From positions 129,115 to 193,114 of the forward strand of contig JAPYPR010000002.1 in assembly GCA_029937545.1 (NCBI GenBank): a stretch of DNA of 64,000 nucleotides, in the 5' to 3' direction. Within the stretch, counting starts at the first letter, position 1, and each line of letters opens with the position of its first letter. The notes beneath the pieces were generated by a model. The model did no database searches and was not told the origin of the DNA. It saw nothing but the letters and a program-made list of their open reading frames with translations. The translations under genes and the position numbers were made by a program. Positions 58,057 to 64,000 of the stretch are shown in pieces. This DNA is from Erythrobacter sp. Lineage in GTDB: Bacteria; Pseudomonadota; Alphaproteobacteria; Sphingomonadales; Sphingomonadaceae.

Positions 58057-59442
58057 ATGATCCGCGTCTTCAAGCATTATTTTCCCTATAACGTGGTGCT
58101 GCTGTGCCTCGTCGACCTGCTGCTGCTTGCAGCGGCAGGGGAAGCTGGCTGGCGCGTGCGCGTAAGCCAGATCGGCTCGAGCAACGGTCCGCTGTGGGAC
58201 AGGCTGCCGGAACTGGGCGGTTTCGCCCTCGTCGTCTGGCTCGCGATCATCGCCGTGGGCGGCTACAGCCCCGAAGCGCTGCGCTCCATCCGCTTCGGCA
58301 CCGCCCGACTGCTGGTGGCCGTAAGCCTCGGCGTTCTCGGCATCTCGCTCATCAATTTCTTCGTCCCTGGCGCTGCTTTCTGGCGCTCGGTCCTGCTTTA
58401 CGCAATGGCCATCGCGATGGTCGCGCTTGTCGCCAATCGGCTGCTTGCGACGAACATGCTCGGCTCCGAAACCTTCCGCCGTCGGATATTGGTACTCGGA
58501 GCGGGCGAGCGGGCCGCACGCCTTCAGCGGCTTTCGCAGGCGGACGGCTCCGGTTTCACCCCCCTCAACTTCGTCGACATGGGTGATTGCTCACCCGTCG
58601 TACACGGAGCGGTAGAACGGTCGGCGATCGGCGATCTTGGCCATTTCGTCGAGCGGATCGGAGCACGGGAAGTGGTTCTCGCCTTGCAAGAGCGGCGCAA
58701 CGCACTCCCGCTCAAGGACCTGCTGCGCGTAAAGACCAAGGGCGTGCCGATCAACGACTTCTCCAGCTTCCTGGAGCGCGAGACCGGCCGGGTCGATCTC
58801 GATACGCTCAATCCGAGCTGGCTTATCTTCTCCGACGGCTTTTCGGCCGGGCGGCGTATCTCTGCCGCCGGAAAACGCGTCTTCGATATCGTAAGCAGCC
58901 TCCTGATCCTCATCGTCGGGCTGCCGCTGATTGTGATTTTCGGTCTGGCGGTGAAGCTGGACAGTAAGGGTCCGGTCTTCTTCCGCCAGCGCCGTGTGGG
59001 CCTTTACGGTCAGGAATTCCAGATCGTGAAGCTCCGTTCGATGCGGACTGACGCAGAAGCGGGCGGCGCGAAATGGGCGGAAGAGGACGATCCCCGGATC
59101 ACCCGTGTAGGCCGCATCATCCGCAAGCTCAGGATCGACGAGCTGCCCCAGCTATGGTCGGTCCTCAAGGGGCACATGAGCTTCGTCGGGCCGCGTCCCG
59201 AAGTGCCGACGTTCGTCGAGGAGCTTGAACGCGAACTGCCCTATTATGCGGAACGGCATGAGGTGAAGCCTGGCATCACGGGGTGGGCGCAGATCAACTT
59301 CCCCTATGGCGCAAGCATCGAGGATGCCCGGCAAAAGCTGGAGTACGATCTCTATTACGCCAAGAACTACACGCCTTTCCTCGACCTGCTGATCCTGTTG
59401 CAAACGGCGCGGGTGATCATCTGGCCGCATGGCGCGCGCTGA
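58057..59442 (+). CDS. XrtA/PEP-CTERM system sugar transferase (TIGR03013-like)
   Basis: [37 protein letters not shown]; upstream of prsK. Confidence 0.92.
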   Translation: MIRVFKHYFPYNVVLLCLVDLLLLAAAGEAGWRVRVSQIGSSNGPLWDRLPELGGFALVVWLAIIAVGGYSPEALRSIRFGTARLLVAVSLGVLGISLINFFVPGAAFWRSVLLYAMAIAMVALVANRLLATNMLGSETFRRRILVLGAGERAARLQRLSQADGSGFTPLNFVDMGDCSPVVHGAVERSAIGDLGHFVERIGAREVVLALQERRNALPLKDLLRVKTKGVPINDFSSFLERETGRVDLDTLNPSWLIFSDGFSAGRRISAAGKRVFDIVSSLLILIVGLPLIVIFGLAVKLDSKGPVFFRQRRVGLYGQEFQIVKLRSMRTDAEAGGAKWAEEDDPRITRVGRIIRKLRIDELPQLWSVLKGHMSFVGPRPEVPTFVEELERELPYYAERHEVKPGITGWAQINFPYGASIEDARQKLEYDLYYAKNYTPFLDLLILLQTARVIIWPHGAR

Positions 59443-61550
59443 TGGATTGGGCGAACACCGCTTCTTACGTCACCTATACGATCGGCGCGATTGTGTGCGC
59501 GATCTGCGCCGTCTGGGTGGCAACCAAAGGCGACACGAGCCGTAACGACCGGACGCCGGCCATCGTGGCTTTGGCGCTGACGGCGAACTGGTGTTTCGCG
59601 GCAGCGAGCTTCGAGCCTGGGCGCGCGATCGTCGAACTGACCGAGATCGCGCGCAATTTCGCGTGGCTGTTCGTCCTGTTTCGCCATTTTGCGAACGACG
59701 GCCGCGACGAAACGCTCCGCATCGTTCGGCCGGCACTCATCGCTCTATGCTTCGTCGAGGCGCTACATTTCGTTTTGTTGCTCGTGGCACATCGTTACGC
59801 CGTCACGCCGCAGCTCGTCTCGCTTACATTCGAAACGGCAGCGATGTTCCGCGTGCTCGTTGCGGTGGGCGCGCTGGTGCTTGTGCACAATCTCTACGTT
59901 GGGGCGGCCGCTGCGTCTCGCCAATTGCTGCGGTGGAACGCGGCCGCGCTGGCCGGCCTGTGGGCCTTCGATCTCAACTACTACACCGTCGCCTATATTC
60001 TCGGATCGGTGCCGCTCGAGCTTTCCGCCCTGCGGGGCCTTGCGGCCGGGATTGTCGCCATTCCATTTGCTCTCGGCTTCGCTCGCGCCGCTGCGGGCCT
60101 CGAATTCCGCCCTTCGCGGGCCGTGGCGTTCCGCTTCCTCTCCCTGCTGGTCATAGGAGGCTATCTGGCGCTAATGCTCGGCCTTGCTCGCTGGCTCGAC
60201 ATGCTCACCGGCGACCTTGCCCGGCTCGTGCAGGTAGGCGTTGTGATTGCGGCCGGGGCGCTGGCGCTGATCTGGCTGCCTTCGGCACAGCTCAGAGGCT
60301 GGCTGCGGGTGACGGCAGTCAAGCACCTCTTCAAGCATCGTTACGACTACCGCAACGAGTGGATCCGGTTCACGAACACAATCGGCCGCACTGGGTTCGA
60401 CGAGACCAGCCTGCCGGAGCGCACAATCAAGGCGCTGGCCGATATTACCGATAGCCCTTCCGGCATGCTGTTCCTGACCGACGACGATGGCGCGCTGGAA
60501 CTGGCGGCAGACTGGCGCTGGCGCGAGGACGAAATGCCGCCTCCGATGCTCCCGTCCGCGCTCGGAGGATTGCTGGAGCAGAAGGAACTCATCGTCGATT
60601 TCGACGAAGTGCGCGCGGGAATCAATCATTACGGAGAGCGGGATTTGATCCCGGATTGGCTGCGCGACGACCAGACGGCCTGGGCCGCCGTTCCGCTCCT
60701 GCACTTCGATCGCCTTGTCGGGCTCGCAATCCTTGCGCGGCCCATGGTCACACGCAAGCTCGATTGGGAGGACTTCGATCTCCTGACAGTGGTGAGCAGG
60801 CAGCTTGCGAGCTATCTGGCGGAGCAAGCCGGGCAAGCCGCACTAATCGAGGCGGGGCGGTTCGACGAATTCAACCGCCGCATGGCCTTCGTGATGCATG
60901 ACATCAAGAACCTGTCGAGCCAGATGTCACTGTTGCTCCGCAATGCCGAAAAGCACGCGGACAAACCGGAATTCCGCGCCGACATGCTGGTTACGCTGCG
61001 CAACAGCGCCGACAAGCTGAACACGCTGCTCGCTCGGCTCGGGCGTTACGGGACGAAGGACAAGAGCACGCTTGCTCCATTCGATCTCGTTTGCACCGCG
61101 CGGCGCGTCGTCGATCGGTTTTCGACCATCCACTCCGTCTCCCTCCTTCGGTCCGAAAGCGCTCTCGTGCTGGGCGACGAGGAAGGGCTTGAGCAGGCGC
61201 TGGTCCATCTCGTGCAAAACGCGATCGACGCCAGCGGCATCGAGAGCTCGGTCGTGATGGAAGTATACACCGACGGGGTCAGCGGCAAACTGCATGTGAT
61301 AGACCATGGCCGCGGCATGTCTGCGACGTTCTTGCGCAACGGGCTGTTCAAGCCTTTCGTGTCGTCCAAGGAGGGTGGCTTCGGCATCGGCGCCTTCGAG
61401 GCGCGCGAGACGATCCGGGGGATGGGCGGGCGGCTCGATGCGGAATCGCGCGAAGGCATCGGCTCGCGTTTCACGGTTACCCTGCCGTTGCAGGCGACCA
61501 AGCATCTGATTGGGCAAGCGCCCGACAAACCGAAATACGAGGACGCATGA
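59442..61550 (+). CDS. prsK: PEP-CTERM system histidine kinase
   Basis: HRYDYRNEW, GAF domain, AFVMHDIKNL, DHGRGM, GFGIGAFE. Confidence 0.92.
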   Translation: MDWANTASYVTYTIGAIVCAICAVWVATKGDTSRNDRTPAIVALALTANWCFAAASFEPGRAIVELTEIARNFAWLFVLFRHFANDGRDETLRIVRPALIALCFVEALHFVLLLVAHRYAVTPQLVSLTFETAAMFRVLVAVGALVLVHNLYVGAAAASRQLLRWNAAALAGLWAFDLNYYTVAYILGSVPLELSALRGLAAGIVAIPFALGFARAAAGLEFRPSRAVAFRFLSLLVIGGYLALMLGLARWLDMLTGDLARLVQVGVVIAAGALALIWLPSAQLRGWLRVTAVKHLFKHRYDYRNEWIRFTNTIGRTGFDETSLPERTIKALADITDSPSGMLFLTDDDGALELAADWRWREDEMPPPMLPSALGGLLEQKELIVDFDEVRAGINHYGERDLIPDWLRDDQTAWAAVPLLHFDRLVGLAILARPMVTRKLDWEDFDLLTVVSRQLASYLAEQAGQAALIEAGRFDEFNRRMAFVMHDIKNLSSQMSLLLRNAEKHADKPEFRADMLVTLRNSADKLNTLLARLGRYGTKDKSTLAPFDLVCTARRVVDRFSTIHSVSLLRSESALVLGDEEGLEQALVHLVQNAIDASGIESSVVMEVYTDGVSGKLHVIDHGRGMSATFLRNGLFKPFVSSKEGGFGIGAFEARETIRGMGGRLDAESREGIGSRFTVTLPLQATKHLIGQAPDKPKYEDA

Positions 61551-62917
61551 TGGCAGGCGACAAGCCCAAACTGCTGATTGTCGAAGACGACGAGGGGCTG
61601 CAGGCCCAGCTCAAATGGGCCTATGACGATTACGAGGTCGTGATCGCGGGGACGCGCGAAGCCGCGCTGGCTGCCATGCGCGCCGAGGAGCCGGAAGTCG
61701 TCACGCTGGACCTCGGACTGCCGCCGGACCCGGACGGTACCACCGAGGGCTTCGCCGTGCTCGATGCAATCATGGCGATGAAGCCCGATACCAAAGTGAT
61801 CGTCGCATCCGGTCACGGTGCGCGGGAAAGCGCACTTCAGGCGGTCGAACGCGGGGCTTATGATTTTTACCAGAAGCCGGTCGATATCGACACGCTCGGC
61901 CTGATCGTAGATCGGGCGCTGCGGCTGCACCGTATCGAGCAGGAGAACCGCCGCCTTTCGGAGAAGGTCGGCGAAGACCAGACCGTGCTCGGCTCGCTGG
62001 TGACCGCGGCACCGGAAATGGCCAAGGTCGCGCGCACGATCGAGCGCGTCGCACCGACGAATGTCTCGGTCATGCTGCTTGGTGCGAGTGGAACCGGCAA
62101 GGAATTGCTGGCAAAGGGCGTGCACGAGACGAGCGATCGCAAATCGCGCGCCTTCATCGCCATCAATTGCGCGGCGATCCCGGAAAACCTGCTCGAGAGT
62201 GAGCTCTTCGGTCACGAGAAGGGCGCTTTCACCGGGGCGGTCAAGACGACCGAGGGCAAGATCGAACTCGCCCACGGCGGCACGCTGTTCCTCGACGAGG
62301 TGGGCGATATTCCTCTGGCCCTGCAGGTAAAGCTGCTGCGCTTCGTGCAGGAACGAACGATCGAGCGCATCGGCGGTCGCAAGCCGATTGCGGTCGATAC
62401 GCGGATCGTTTGTGCGACCCATCAGGATCTCGAAGCAATGATCGAAGAGGGGACCTTCCGCGAGGATCTGTTCTACCGCCTTGCCGAAATCGTCGTAAAA
62501 GTGCCGACACTGGCGCAGCGGCCCGGGGACGCAGTGTTGCTGGCAAAGACCTTCCTCGCGCGCTTCGCTGCAGAGATGAATCCGCAGGTCAAGGGGTTCG
62601 CGCCCGATGCGCTTGCGGCGATCGACAGCTGGAACTGGCCCGGGAATGTCCGCGAACTGGAAAACCGCGTGAAACGCGCCGTGATCATGGCCGATGGCAA
62701 GCTGGTCGGCGCAGAAGATCTCGATCTGGGCAATGGAGAGGACGACGAGAGCGATCTTGCGCTGAACCTCAAATCGGCGCGCGAACAGGCCGATCGCCGG
62801 ATGATCCGACAGGCTCTGGCGCGCAGCGAGGGCAACATCTCGAATACGGCGAAACTGCTCGGTATCAGCCGGCCGACCTTATACGACCTCCTGAAGCAGT
62901 ATGATCTTCAGGGGTGA
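61547..62917 (+). CDS. prsR: PEP-CTERM-box sigma54-dependent response regulator
   Basis: REC (LDLGLPPDPD), GASGTGKE, GAFTGA, C-terminal HTH. Confidence 0.93.
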   Translation: MMAGDKPKLLIVEDDEGLQAQLKWAYDDYEVVIAGTREAALAAMRAEEPEVVTLDLGLPPDPDGTTEGFAVLDAIMAMKPDTKVIVASGHGARESALQAVERGAYDFYQKPVDIDTLGLIVDRALRLHRIEQENRRLSEKVGEDQTVLGSLVTAAPEMAKVARTIERVAPTNVSVMLLGASGTGKELLAKGVHETSDRKSRAFIAINCAAIPENLLESELFGHEKGAFTGAVKTTEGKIELAHGGTLFLDEVGDIPLALQVKLLRFVQERTIERIGGRKPIAVDTRIVCATHQDLEAMIEEGTFREDLFYRLAEIVVKVPTLAQRPGDAVLLAKTFLARFAAEMNPQVKGFAPDALAAIDSWNWPGNVRELENRVKRAVIMADGKLVGAEDLDLGNGEDDESDLALNLKSAREQADRRMIRQALARSEGNISNTAKLLGISRPTLYDLLKQYDLQG

Positions 62918-64000
62918 CCTCGTCCGGCTTTTGGCAGCCGTATTGGTCTGTTTTCTCGGCCTCGCAGGATGCGAGGGTGGTCCGGATCGTCTCGAACCCG
63001 TCGAGCAGGCTAGATATGAGATATCGCGGGGCTATCCGGAAGATGCGCGGATTATCCTCGAACGCCAGCTCTCGGAAGGAACCGACCGGGCGGACCTCGC
63101 CGCATTGCTCGGCGAGGCGGCGCTCCAGTCGGGAGACCTGGAGAGCGCCACGCGGTGGCTGGAACCCGGCTCGTTCTCCGACGAAACGGCAGCGTTGGGT
63201 TGGCGCATGCTCGGCAGGCTGGAGATGGTGCGCGGGGATCTGCCGGCTGCTGGCAAGGCTTTCGATCGGTCGCATGCCATCGCACCTGAAGACCCCGAGC
63301 TCTGGGTGGATATCGGCCGCCTCCGCTTTCTTGGCGGCGAACAGGTCGAAGCGGTGGAAGCTGCCGACAGGGCCTTGGCGCTCGCGCCTGACAACAAGGC
63401 GGCGCTGCGGTTCCGAGGCCAGCTGATCCGCGAAGCATCGGGCATGGTGCCCGCGATCGAATGGTTCGATCGCGCTCTCGAATTGCACCCGGACGACCTC
63501 GACCTGCGGTTCGACTATGTAGCGACGCTCGGCGATGCGGGCCGCGCGAACGATGCGCTGGCCGTGCTGCGCGAGGGCGGCGAGGAGGCTGTCCTGTCCG
63601 AAAACGGACTCTACCTCCAAGCGGTGATCGCCGCGCGTGGCGGCAGATTCCTGCTCGCGCGCGAATTGCTGCTGCGTTCCGGTCTGGAAAGCGAGGGTGT
63701 GCCTGCTGCACTCATGCTGTCGGCAATCGTCGATTTGCAGAATGGCAATCCGGCAAGCGCGGCGCAGACTCTCGATCGCCTGCTGCTCGAGCAGCCGGAT
63801 AATGTCCGCGCGGTGGAATTGCTGGCCTCGGCCCTCTTGCGGAGCGGGAGCGAGCGGGAACTGGTTTATCGGTTCGCCGAACGCGCGCTCGGTCCGGCAG
63901 GCTCTCCGCATTTGCGCGTCTTGGTTGGGAGGGCTTACGAGGCTCTCGAACAGCGGGCAAAGGCGGCGCAGTTCATCGACCTCGCGGCGCTCGGTCCGGA
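62901..64000 (+). CDS. TPR-repeat lipoprotein (PrsT-like position), runs off the right edge of the window
   Basis: Hand translation from ATG 62901: MIFRGDLVRLLAAVLVCFLGLAGC (lipobox) then TPR-like helices; open to the window end. Confidence 0.8.
   Translation, partial: MIFRGDLVRLLAAVLVCFLGLAGCEGGPDRLEPVEQARYEISRGYPEDARIILERQLSEGTDRADLAALLGEAALQSGDLESATRWLEPGSFSDETAALGWRMLGRLEMVRGDLPAAGKAFDRSHAIAPEDPELWVDIGRLRFLGGEQVEAVEAADRALALAPDNKAALRFRGQLIREASGMVPAIEWFDRALELHPDDLDLRFDYVATLGDAGRANDALAVLREGGEEAVLSENGLYLQAVIAARGGRFLLARELLLRSGLESEGVPAALMLSAIVDLQNGNPASAAQTLDRLLLEQPDNVRAVELLASALLRSGSERELVYRFAERALGPAGSPHLRVLVGRAYEALEQRAKAAQFIDLAALGP

Noticed and set aside
1-64000. CRISPR arrays, rRNA, IS transposases, phage structural genes, T4SS genes
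   Set aside because: No regularly spaced repeats or recognisable motifs found on reading.

Overview
Alphaproteobacterial chromosome segment; gene content and order point to Sphingomonadales/Erythrobacteraceae (inference). About 44 kb is ordinary core genome: mfd, sdhE, recG, thyA, bkd operon, zapA-6S-ygfA, tkt-gap-pgk-fba, thiE, efp, suhB, aceA with a RamB/ScfR-type regulator, XrtA/PEP-CTERM prsK-prsR genes, and 3 intact tRNAs. The exception is a ~20.4-kb, visibly lower-GC integrative element in tRNA-Pro(CGG), bounded by identical 57-bp repeats (7916-7972 and 28314-28370). It carries int/xis, an AAA_25 helicase-like gene, two MobA/MobL-like relaxase genes each with an upstream oriT-like hairpin, and no T4SS, so it is probably an integrative mobilisable element. 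Its cargo is mostly predicted anti-phage defence: (1) an AbiJ-like HEPN protein; (2) a two-gene operon of an HD dGTPase abutting a stand-alone CCA/poly(A)-polymerase-type (class II) nucleotidyltransferase, behind a perfect alphaproteobacterial LexA box, which is the best candidate for an undescribed system; (3) a type ISP R-M enzyme fused in frame to an extra ~135-aa domain, coupled to a PD-(D/E)XK nuclease and followed by a SIR2-like gene. A decayed tRNA-Lys(CTT) next to an S1/P1-nuclease remnant inside the element suggests a composite origin. All family assignments come from motif recognition by eye; no database searches were run.
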